Shown here: one piece after another, positions 16,391-25,200 of the stretch
Layout: every line of letters begins with the position of its first letter
Position numbering within the stretch: position 1 is the first letter of the stretch
Source of the DNA: Vicinamibacterales bacterium
GTDB lineage: Bacteria; Acidobacteriota; Vicinamibacteria; Vicinamibacterales; JAMQPK01
DNA length: 64,000 nt
Direction: 5' to 3'
NCBI GenBank assembly: GCA_963782595.1
Contig: CAWAKJ010000005.1
Coordinates: 729,581 to 793,580, forward strand
Notes under the pieces: model-generated
Databases searched by the model: none
What the model was told of the DNA's origin: nothing
What the model saw: the letters and a program-made list of their open reading frames with translations, nothing else
Position numbers and translations under genes: made by a program

Positions 16391-17345
16391 TTGTTTCTTC
16401 GGCTCGCGCACCACTCAGCAGATTCGTCATGCCGTAATTGCCTTCGTGGCACGCATACTCGAATATCGGGCCTTCCGTCCTCGTCATCGGAATGGCCGCC
16501 GTCCACGGTCTCGTAAAGGATCTCGGATCGTCAACCGTAAACTGGTAGTCGATCGTATCAGCGTCGATGCGCCTGAAACGCTCGACGAGCTTCATATTCG
16601 GGCTCGATCCCCGGAAATTGGTCTTGTCCGTGAAATTTGACGTCGTGACGACAAGCGTGCTCCCGTCCCAGCGGCCACGCGAATCGCCCATCCATTGGCG
16701 GATCGCTGGCGACGCATGGGGACGGCCGTCGAGCGGAATGATGCGCACATCGTGGATCATCTCGGTGAGGATCACCACGTAGCCCGGAGCCTGCAGAATC
16801 TGGTAGTTGTTGTTGTAGCCGCCGGGAATCATCGGCGGACCTGCGGTCGGCCACAGGATGCACCGCTCCGCGAGACTGCGATCCTCGGGGCCGTCGGCGG
16901 GACTGCGCCGCCGCGCCGCGGCGCGAGCGTCGGCTTGCTGCTGTGCGTCGGGCGTCAGCGACGGCACCCGTCCATCGGGCGGATCCACGACCAGCGACGT
17001 GCGCCTCGTACCGACAACCCTCGTTCCGCGTTCGTACCAGAACTGGTTGTACGCGCGCCCGAGATCGGCGTCGGTCCCGCCGGTGCGATTGTCTGCGTCG
17101 CGCGCGGTGAGTGTCTCCTTTTCAAATTCCACAGCTTCCTGTTCCGTCAGCACCGGCTTGTCGCTCAAGTTCGCCGGCCGTTCGAACGGCGTAATGGTGG
17201 CGTTGGTCCACAGGCCCTGCAAGTCCGGGTCGCCCCAGGGTGTGCGGGCCGTACGGGGACCTGCCGGCGACTGACCGAAGACCGTTGCGATGGTCAGCGC
17301 CGCACCGGCGACGGTCATCGTGAGGTGTCCAAACCGGTTACGCAT
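16386..17345 (-). CDS. Secreted protein, uncharacterised paralog family A (member 2)
   Basis: Start at ATG 17345 (MRNRFGHLTMTVAGAALTIATVFGQ). Blocks WGDPDLQGLW, SLVVDPPDGRVP, NNNYQILQAPGYVVILTEMIHDVRIIPLDGRPH, WMGDSRGRWDGSTLVV and FEYACHEGNY. Confidence 0.8.
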   Translation of the reverse strand: MRNRFGHLTMTVAGAALTIATVFGQSPAGPRTARTPWGDPDLQGLWTNATITPFERPANLSDKPVLTEQEAVEFEKETLTARDADNRTGGTDADLGRAYNQFWYERGTRVVGTRRTSLVVDPPDGRVPSLTPDAQQQADARAAARRRSPADGPEDRSLAERCILWPTAGPPMIPGGYNNNYQILQAPGYVVILTEMIHDVRIIPLDGRPHASPAIRQWMGDSRGRWDGSTLVVTTSNFTDKTNFRGSSPNMKLVERFRRIDADTIDYQFTVDDPRSFTRPWTAAIPMTRTEGPIFEYACHEGNYGMTNLLSGARAEETK

Positions 17346-17360
17346 TTGTGACTGTCTTCC

Positions 17361-17433
17361 GTCAGGGCAGATGTCAGATGGCAAATGGCAGACGGTACTC
17401 TATGCCATCATCCATCTGCCCTCTGCCATCAGA
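17361..17433. repeat. Inverted pair of GCCATCT-class heptad arrays (imperfect hairpin) in divergent intergenic region
   Basis: GTCAGGGCAGATGTCAGATGGCAAATGGCAGAC ... GCCATCATCCATCTGCCCTCTGCCATCAGAC. Confidence 0.65.
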
Positions 17434-17518
17434 CCTTACGAGCCGAAGATAGACCCTTCAAATCAGCGTGTCAATTGATTCGGCAGGGTTTAGACTTCGC
17501 CTGGGAAGGACCCATAAC

Positions 17519-18889
17519 ATGAAGCTGACGGGTATCGCGGCAATACCGTTCGCAGTGCTGATGAGCGTGGCGCTGGTTGCTCAGCAAAGCAGCCAGAACC
17601 CACCACCGGCCGAACAGGTCTTCAAGAACATTCAGGTGCTTAAGGGCATACCTGTGGACGATTTCATGGACACCATGGGCATCATGTCGGCGGCGCTGGG
17701 CTTTGACTGCGTGGAATGCCACGTAGGTGCCGGGACCGACACCGTAAAGTGGGAGGCCGACACAGACAAGAAGCGAAGCGCGCGGCGGATGACGCTGATG
17801 GTGGCCGCGATCAACCGCACCAACTTCGGCGGCCGGCAGGTCGTCACCTGCTGGACATGTCATCGAGGTCGCGACATTCCGGTGACGATGCCGGGGATCG
17901 ATACCGTGTACGGCGAGCCATTTCTGGAGCCCGATCTCATCGTCACGGAGTCGGCTCCGGGAGAGCCGTCTGCCGACGCGATTCTCGACAAATATCTGCA
18001 AGCGCTTGGTGGTGCGGAACGACTGGCCAAAGTCACCAGCTTCATTGCGACGGGCACGAGCGAGGGCTTCCGCGGCTTTGGCGGTGGGGGCCAGGTGCAG
18101 GTCTTTGCGAAAGCGCCGGATCAGCGTGCGACGATTATCAAGTTTGCCGCGAACATCGGACGGCAGGATGCCATACGTGTATTCGACGGCCGCAATGGAT
18201 GGGTGTCGGCGCCGCTGGCGGTCGTACCCGAGTACGTCCTAGGTGGCAGCGAATTAGATGGTGCCCGTTTCGACGCGCAGATGGCGTTTCCGGTTCAGAT
18301 AAGGAAAACGCTCAGCCAGCTTCGAGTCGGTCAGCCCGAGAACATCAATGGCCGCGACGTGCACGTGCTGCAGGGAAACGGATCTCGCGGGCTTGTTGTG
18401 ACGATGTACATCGACAAGGAATCGGGTCTGCTGGTGCGAATGGTCCGCTTCGGCAACTCGCCGATCGGCCGTGCTCCGACTCAGGTCGACTTTGAAGATT
18501 ATCGCGAGGTTACCGGAGCCGGTATCAAGATGCCTTTCCGCTGGACCTTCGGCTGGCTCAACGGCCGGGATACGTTCGAGCTGAAAGAGGTGCGGGTGAA
18601 CGTGCCGATCAATGCGGACGTGTTTGGACCCATGAGAAGTAAAAAAAAAGTAAAAAGAGAAAGTGAAGGGGAAAGTGGAAAGCAAAAAGTTCGTCGCTGC
18701 GATGGGTGCGCTGGTGATTGTGTTCGCGCCGATTTTCGTTGCAGGTCAGGCGAAAGACTGGCTTCCGCCGCTCACATCGGAGGGCAGGCCGGATCTGCAG
18801 GGCGTGTGGCTGAACCAGAGCGCAACGCCGCTGGAACGGCCGAAGGAATTCGCCGGGCGGCAGTTCTTGACGGACGAGGAAGTCGCTGA
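17519..18889 (+). CDS. Di-haem c-type cytochrome (reaction-centre cytochrome-c-subunit-like N-domain) with beta-rich C-domain; 3' end uncertain
   Basis: Start at ATG 17519 (MKLTGIAAIPFAVLMSVALVAQQ). Contains FKNIQVLKGIPVDDFMDTMGIMSAALGFDCVECH plus a second CxxCH (CWTCH). As sequenced, the frame runs through an A9 tract and overlaps the next gene by 227 nt. A +/-1 change in the A-run would stop it at about 18650-18670. Confidence 0.7.
   Translation: MKLTGIAAIPFAVLMSVALVAQQSSQNPPPAEQVFKNIQVLKGIPVDDFMDTMGIMSAALGFDCVECHVGAGTDTVKWEADTDKKRSARRMTLMVAAINRTNFGGRQVVTCWTCHRGRDIPVTMPGIDTVYGEPFLEPDLIVTESAPGEPSADAILDKYLQALGGAERLAKVTSFIATGTSEGFRGFGGGGQVQVFAKAPDQRATIIKFAANIGRQDAIRVFDGRNGWVSAPLAVVPEYVLGGSELDGARFDAQMAFPVQIRKTLSQLRVGQPENINGRDVHVLQGNGSRGLVVTMYIDKESGLLVRMVRFGNSPIGRAPTQVDFEDYREVTGAGIKMPFRWTFGWLNGRDTFELKEVRVNVPINADVFGPMRSKKKVKRESEGESGKQKVRRCDGCAGDCVRADFRCRSGERLASAAHIGGQAGSAGRVAEPERNAAGTAEGIRRAAVLDGRGSR
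18641..18690 (+). repeat. Purine-rich AGTAAAA-class heptad spacer including an A9 homopolymer
   Basis: AAAAAAAAAGTAAAAAGAGAAAGTGAAGGGGAAAGTGGAAAGCAAAAAG. Same class as 43573-43611. Strongly A/G-rich within a GC-rich genome. Confidence 0.6.
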
Positions 18890-19713
18890 GCTCAAGAAGC
18901 GCGCCGAACGGCTCTTCGACGTCAATACCAACAGTGACTTCCCCGGCGGAGACAATTTCTTTCACGCCCTGCTCGCCAACCCCGATCGATACGAGAGCCC
19001 GACCGCGACCGGCAGCGCCACTGTGATGATCGAAAGGACCATCGACAATCGCACGTCGCTCATCGTCGATCCGCCTGACGGGAAGAATTCCCCCGATGAC
19101 GCCGGATGGACAGGCGAGATTCGCAAGAACCCCGCCGCCGACTGCAGCCGGAGGGCGGCCTGCATCCGGACCGGAGGACCTCAGCAACGCGATGCGGTGC
19201 ATCACCTACGGCATGCCACGGATCGGCATGCAGAACATCAACTCTGCGGGCCCGTTGGGCTACTACCAGATTCTGCAAACCCCGGGCTACGTCGTCATCA
19301 CGCTCGAAGCCATCCATGAAACCCGTGTCATTCCACTGGACGGACGTCCACATCTCCCGAACGGCATGAGGCAGTGGAGCGGAGACTCACGAGGCCGATG
19401 GGAAGGCAATGTCCTCGTCGTGGACACGACCAACTTCTCACCGCGAAGTAACTTCATGGGATCGGCGGAGAATCTTCACATCGTCGAGCGGTTCACGCGC
19501 GTGGCCGCCGACACGCTTCAATACGAAGTGACTGTAGACGACTTGACGACGTGGACCAGGCCGTGGACGGTCATGATTCGCATGAAGCGGAGTCAGGACA
19601 AGCTCTATGAGTACGCCTGTCACGAAGGCAACTACGTCACCATGGAAGGCATCCTCGGTGCGGCTCGCGCCGATGAGCACGCTGCGGAAGAAGCGGCGCG
19701 TCAACCGAAATAG
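18663..19713 (+). pseudogene. Paralog family A member 3, reading frame broken by one extra G at ~19080
   Basis: Frame 0 gives ..SLIVDPPD. Frame +1 then continues GRIPPMTPDGQARF..YYQILQTPGYVVITLEAIHETRVIPLDGRPH..YEYACHEGNY, collinear with the intact paralogs. The shift falls within the GGG run at 19080-19082. Confidence 0.7.
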
Positions 19714-21000
19714 TTAGTACGCGAAGTCCGCAGTACTCGTTGCCCCTGCCGTCACGCGAATGTTCTGGGTAGTTACGCCATAACGCTCGTGCCACGCCTG
19801 AATCGTGTAAGTGCCTTCGGGCACGTTGTCGATGGTGTAGGTACCGGCAACGTTGCTGGTTGCGAAATACGGGTGGTCGACCACCCCGACGAAGGCCGTC
19901 ATCCACCTGTGCACGTCGCATGTGACGCGCAGCATCATCTCGGGTTTCTTGAGTGGCAGCTGCGAGACGATGCCGGCCTTGGGCTGGCTGACGTTGAAGG
20001 TGTTGTCGTGCGCCGAGACGCCGTGAACGTTGTGGAGAAGATTGTCGCTGTTTCGTACTTGAAGCGTCTGCCCGACACGCGCGCCGACGACTCGAGGAAC
20101 GTAAACGCACGCACGCTGGTCGATCGTCACAGGCTCGGTGGGAACCGGCGACGCAGGAAATGATCCCTGCAGGCTGACGAATACGTTGGCCAGACTGCCG
20201 TCGGCGGTTGCCGCGACGACTTCCTGCACGGGGCGTTTCCCGGCATTGAGCGTCGCGCACATCGGATCCATCCCCATCCTGATAACGGGATTGCCAGGCA
20301 GGGGGCCCTTCACGCGAACGTGACCCTTGATAGTGCCGCCCTTTGAGATGGGCGCGCTCGGGACCGCTGCCGCTGCGTTTGTGCTCGTGGATGCCGCTTC
20401 AATCTTCCACGCCGTCGCGTCCTTCGGTGGATACCAATAGTGCTGGTGGCAGGCTTCGCAGGCGTGCTCGATGTGCTCTCCGGCGTCGAAGAGGCCCTTG
20501 GGATTCTTGGCGTTGGCGGCGTTCAGTGCCGGTACGGCGGCGTCGTGCAGCCGATCGACCAGCGCAGTCCAGGTCGCGGGGTCGTCCGCGATCAGTTTTT
20601 GGATGGTTTCGGGCTCGAGCTCGATACGGGGGTTCTCCGACTTTTCGCCATGCTTGGCAACGAGACGGCCCGGGACTCGAAGCAGATTCGTCGCTTCGAC
20701 GAGCTGGACGGCGCCCTGTCGAACTGCCGTCCATTCTTCATCGGTTCGCGGTTCTCGCTCTTCGGTGCCTTCCGCGCTCACGATCGTCGCGACGGCGTTC
20801 CAGAGCACATCGGCCTGCGGATCGATGATCGAGACCATGATGTCTTTGACCGTCGCCGTGGGCCTGAACTGCGGTTGCGGCTGGCGATCGTCCCGGCTCG
20901 TGCAGCTGCCGGCCAGCAGGATGGGAACACTGAAGAGGAGCACACGGCAGAAACATCGGATGCGGCGCCGGGGCTTGGGAAAGTCTGCCTGGGAAAACAT
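19714..21000 (-). CDS. Lipoprotein: cytochrome c' (class II)-like haem domain + CarboxypepD_reg-like + cupredoxin-like domain
   Basis: Lipobox-like LLAGSC. A helical region ends in ACEACHQHYWYP (C-terminal CxxCH, as in class II cytochromes c). C-terminal part has HNVH ... CDVHRWM (putative type-1 Cu ligands) and GTYTIQAWHERYG. Confidence 0.7.
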   Translation of the reverse strand: MFSQADFPKPRRRIRCFCRVLLFSVPILLAGSCTSRDDRQPQPQFRPTATVKDIMVSIIDPQADVLWNAVATIVSAEGTEEREPRTDEEWTAVRQGAVQLVEATNLLRVPGRLVAKHGEKSENPRIELEPETIQKLIADDPATWTALVDRLHDAAVPALNAANAKNPKGLFDAGEHIEHACEACHQHYWYPPKDATAWKIEAASTSTNAAAAVPSAPISKGGTIKGHVRVKGPLPGNPVIRMGMDPMCATLNAGKRPVQEVVAATADGSLANVFVSLQGSFPASPVPTEPVTIDQRACVYVPRVVGARVGQTLQVRNSDNLLHNVHGVSAHDNTFNVSQPKAGIVSQLPLKKPEMMLRVTCDVHRWMTAFVGVVDHPYFATSNVAGTYTIDNVPEGTYTIQAWHERYGVTTQNIRVTAGATSTADFAY

Positions 21001-21057
21001 CGCGGCAGATCATACCCCCGCGCCGCCGGCGCGTCGATCGTTGTTCGGGTTTAACCC

Positions 21058-21130
21058 CGGCGGCCAGTTGAATTGACGCAGGCAGCATGGTTGGCATGAT
21101 TGCGGGGTCGCCAAATTCAACTGGCCACCG
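21058..21130. other. 17-bp-stem inverted repeat between two minus-strand genes
   Basis: CGGCGGCCAGTTGAATT ... AATTCAACTGGCCACCG (16/17 pairs, 39-nt loop). An alternative partner CGTCAATTC (21132-21140) overlaps the stop of the 21135 gene. Confidence 0.35.
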
Positions 21131-21134
21131 GACG

Positions 21135-21968
21135 TCAATTCGTCTTTTTCGTCCTCGGGTCGTCAGCCGGATTCAGATAGGTGATCGCGAACGGCCCCGT
21201 CCCGTGCACCTGAATCGTCGCCGCCGATTTGGCCATGAAAGAGTGACGCATCTCGGCTGGTAGTGACGCGAATCCTCCAACCGGCACGTCCTTCATTGCC
21301 TTTTCGTCGAACGTATCGCCCATGCCGAGTGCGACGGTTCCCGACAGGACTGTGATGTTTTCCATCACCGGATGCCAGTGAGGCGCGATGCGGTAGTTGG
21401 CCGGAAGCTGTGCGCGAAGCACGTACGGCTGCGCCTGGCTTGGATCTCCCGAGACGACCGCTACGCGCGCACCCGGCGGCAGTCCGGGAGGCGGGTCGCC
21501 CCACTTGAGCTCGCCGGGGGCGAGCATCGTGTGCGCGCCGGGGGGCGGTTTCGGCGTGGCGTCGGCGTTGAAGATGTCTTCGGCGACCTTCCAGGCGTCT
21601 CCTTGCTTCTTCCAGACGGTCACGTACTTGCCTTGTTCGGTCGTACCACCCATGCTCATTTGGTAGGTGCCGACGGTGTAGCCGATATTGCCGCCCGCGC
21701 CGACCTCGCCTCTGGTCGGAGTCCACGAGAGCGCAAACCCCGGTGCCTTGCTCATCTCGGTGTACGACTTGCGGATGGCCTCAGCGCCGGTGACGATCGG
21801 CATCCCGGGAGCGTAAATGGCAGCGCCGTCGCCAAAGAACGAGACGAACTTCTCGGGGTCCTTCGTCGTCTCAGACCAGTCACGGTCTGCCGCCATCAGA
21901 GCCGCGCGCTCCTGCTCGATATTGACGGAGGGAGCACACGCAGTGGCGGCTAGTACCGACGAGTCCAA
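21135..21968 (-). CDS. SnoaL/DUF4440-like (NTF2 fold) + cupin two-domain protein; true start probably 21993 with a 1-nt frame break
   Basis: N-half RDWSETTKDPEKFVSFFGDGAAIYAPG..YVTVWKKQGDAWKV (NTF2-like). C-half APHWHPVMENITVLSGTVALG (cupin). An SD-preceded ATG at 21993 encodes MSRFPWLIVGLV in another frame. Confidence 0.7.
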   Translation of the reverse strand: MDSSVLAATACAPSVNIEQERAALMAADRDWSETTKDPEKFVSFFGDGAAIYAPGMPIVTGAEAIRKSYTEMSKAPGFALSWTPTRGEVGAGGNIGYTVGTYQMSMGGTTEQGKYVTVWKKQGDAWKVAEDIFNADATPKPPPGAHTMLAPGELKWGDPPPGLPPGARVAVVSGDPSQAQPYVLRAQLPANYRIAPHWHPVMENITVLSGTVALGMGDTFDEKAMKDVPVGGFASLPAEMRHSFMAKSAATIQVHGTGPFAITYLNPADDPRTKKTN

Positions 21969-22082
21969 CGATCAGCCATGGGAACCGACTCATACAGGGC
22001 TCCTTTCCGTTAGGTGGGCGGGGGAGACGAGCCGCAGAACCTCGGATCATAGCGCGAGGGCCCTGGAACTGTGAGTACGAAA

Positions 22083-22147
22083 CAGAAAAGGGGTCGGGAG
22101 GATTTTTCGGGTGTGTTACGCGAAAAATCCTCCCGACCCCTTTTCTG
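22083..22147 (-). terminator. 27-bp perfect-stem hairpin downstream of the TonB-receptor gene (possible terminator / REP-like)
   Basis: CAGAAAAGGGGTCGGGAGGATTTTTCG-11 nt-CGAAAAATCCTCCCGACCCCTTTTCTG. On the minus strand it is followed by TTTCGT. The architecture GAAAA-N9-GGGAG-N2-ATTTT resembles the hairpin at 46072. Confidence 0.4.
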
Positions 22148-22178
22148 CCCCCTTTCTTGCGGTCGAAACGTGAGTGAT

Positions 22179-22256
22179 GTCAGGGCAAATGGCAAATGGC
22201 AAATGGCAGATGGCAGACAGCTCTCAGCCATCAGCCATCTGCCCTCTGCCATGACA
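22179..22256. repeat. Inverted pair of GCCATCT/GGCAAAT heptad arrays
   Basis: GTCAGGGCAAATGGCAAATGGCAAATGGCAGATGGCAGAC-agctctca-GCCATCAGCCATCTGCCCTCTGCCATGACA, 5 nt beyond the receptor stop. Confidence 0.75.
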
Positions 22257-22260
22257 ATCG

Positions 22261-25200
22261 TTAGAACGTTACCCGCGCTCCGATCTGGATGTCGCGCGGC
22301 TTCATCACCGTGCTCGAGTCGATGTTGTTCAGCTTCATGAACGTCGCGTTAGTCGGTGTCAATACCATGTTGCCGACGCCGAAGAGGGTGTAGTTGGTCG
22401 CGTTCAGCGCTTCGATGCGCAGCTGCACGCGGACACGGTTGCCGACCTGGAAGTTCTTCGTCACGCCAAGATCGAGCAGGTGGTGCTGCATGAAGCGCAC
22501 GTTCGGAAGCGTCGTCGGGAACTGCCGGGTGTTCGCCTGGCCGAGGGAGATTTCGGGTGCGTTGAATGTCACCGCCTGCCCCGCGGCGTTGCGGAACGGC
22601 TGACCGTTGTTGGTGTAGAAGCAACCGATGTCGATGATCGGTACATCTGCGCCGGCAAGCTGGGTACCGGAGCCGCCCCAATTGGACTTCAGATCGCGCG
22701 GATCGCCACAGGAGGGATCGAAGTAGGTGTTCTGGTTGAACACGAGCGGGGCGCCGCTCTGCCATTCGTACTTCGTGCTGAACTGCCAGCCGCCCAGAAT
22801 ACTGTCGAGAACCGGATTCCAGTTACTGCCGAACCGACGTTCGCGGCCGAAGGGCAGCTCAGCCACGCTGGCGAGCGTGATGCGATGCGGCCGATCGGTG
22901 GCGCCGGTGCGCTCCTCGAGCTCGTCCCATGGGTTGAGGGGCGCCACTTTCTCCCTGAGGTGAGACCACGTGTACGACGTCATCAACATCAAGCCGCCGG
23001 TGAATCGCTTGTCGAGGCGGAAGATCGCGCCGTGATACATGTTCGAGCCGCGCGCGGTTTCGATGCAGAACGTGTTGGTCGTGCCTGTGGCGCACGGGTT
23101 GCCCGATGAATCAAATTGCGGATACGCGTACAACAGACGGCGCCGTGCGATTGTTGCGCCGTTGGCACCAGGCGAGTCAGGCGTGAGCCCTTGGAATGGA
23201 TTCGAGACAACCTGGCTCAGGAATTCCTCCGCGGCGGTGTCGCGGATAAGGCTCCGGGTGCGGAACTGCTGCGGCACGTAATTCAGGGGTTCGAGAATCG
23301 CCTGATTCGTCCCCTTCTGTCCAATGTAGGAAATCTCGGCCAGCATTCCCCAGGCGAGCTGGCGCTCGACGCCGATACTGAAACGCCAGAACTCCGGGTT
23401 CACGCGATCGGCGTTCCAGATGTTGCCGGGCGCGTTACCGAGGTTGGTGAGGAGTCCTTGAGCCGATCCGACAGGCTGCACGAGCTGATTGCTGGGTACA
23501 GGGTTGCTCAAGTTGGCCTGGAACGTCAGCCCGTTGTCGGCGCTGACGGGGACCGGCGTGTTGCGCGAGTATCCAATCTGATTGATCGCGCTGATGAGCC
23601 CGGGGACACCCTGCAGCTGGAACGGCGCAACGAATTTGCCGCCGCCGCCTCGCAGTACCGTCCGGTCATCGATCTTGAACGTGACGCCGAGCCGCGGTTG
23701 GAAGTTGTTGAGGTCGGCGTTCCATGCCTGAGTCTGGTCGCCCGAGAGATATGTGTAGCCCCCCAGGACGCTGAACTGGCTCGACGACAGCGGAACGCCG
23801 GCGGGCGGGTTAAGCGCGAAGCGCGCCTGCGCCGCCGCCTGGATCGGATTCGGCGTGGTGAGATCGAACGGCCCGACATTGCGACTATCGGCTTCGGTCA
23901 TGCCGAGCTCGAGGTCGTAGCGGAGGCCGAGGTTCAGGGTCAGTCGATCGGACACGCGCCAGTCGTCGTGCGCAAAGAATCCGTGGCTGATCACCTCCGT
24001 GTCGTACTCGGGACGGAGCTCGATGAATGACGAATTGGTGGGCAATCCGAGCATAAATGCGGCGATGCCCTGGCCGTACGGTGCGCCGGCGGCAGCGCTG
24101 GTCGCCTTCGTGTACGAACTGTCGAACGCGTATGCGCCGCCCCGCGAGCCCAGATTGGTTTCCTTCTGCCGCAGGCTGCGCCAGTCGTACCCGAACTTCA
24201 TCGTGTGGCCGCCAGTCATTTTTGTGAGGGTCGCAGCGAACTGCACGTTGTAGAACGGCTGCGTGCGGCCGTTGTTGAAGCCGCTCTGCTGCGCGCCGAG
24301 CGTGGCCACGCGACCGGCGGTCGTCGGGGCTCCGGACTCGATGCTGTAACGCGGGAGCTGCTCGAAGCCGCCCATCAGCGACACCGTCGATGGCGAATAC
24401 CCGAGGCTGGCGGGATCGATTGTGTAGAGCGGGAAGAGGTCGTCGTTGAATCGCAGCCAGCTGGCCTTGAGGTCGAGCACCATGCTCGGCGACAACACGG
24501 CCGTGTGACCGCCCGCCCAGTTGAAGTTGAACCGGTCGGTGGAGCCGCGTGTGATTTCCACGCCGTTCACTTCGCCCGCGAAGTTGAAGCGCTCTTCGCG
24601 GCGGAAGTTACGAAGGAATCGGCCGTACGTTTTCTGAGACGACGTCCACTCGTGATCGATCCTCGTCATCGCGAAGTTGTACGCGTACGTCCACGGTTGT
24701 TCGATGAAAAAATTCTGAGACAGGTCGGCGGCTCCCGCGATGTTTGGCGCAGGGAAGTAGCCGAGCACGTTTCGCGCGATCGGGTTGATGCGACCCGCAG
24801 GGATGATATTGCCCGGGAAGGGATCGCGCACGACGACGTTGTTGACCAGGCGCGCCGTGGCCGGATCGTAGATCTGCACGCCGAGCGGAAGCAGTTCCGA
24901 GAAGTCCCCGCTGCGCATGCGCGCGGTCGGCACCGAGGTCGTCAGCGCTTCGACCGTATCGTCCTGGAGCTTCTCGTACGAGAACATGAAGAAGGTCTTG
25001 TTTCGCCAGATCGGACCCGAGACGGTGCCGCTGAAGCGGTTGTAATCGCGCGGCTGCTTGCTGGTACCAAGGCGATTGGACGCAAAGAGACTGGCCGATC
25101 GCGAGTCGTCCCGGTTGTAGAACGACAGCGCACCATGCAGAGCATTCGTGCCGGTCTTGAGCGCCAGATTCACGCCGCCGGCCCCTGTGTGCCCGATCTG

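Noticed and set aside
19077-19098. Programmed ribosomal frameshifting as explanation for the three one-G frame breaks
   Set aside because: I could see no slippery X_XXY_YYZ heptamer, no rare or stop 'hungry' codon, and no downstream stimulatory structure at 19080, ~21957 or ~57580. Indel error or pseudogenisation is the simpler explanation.
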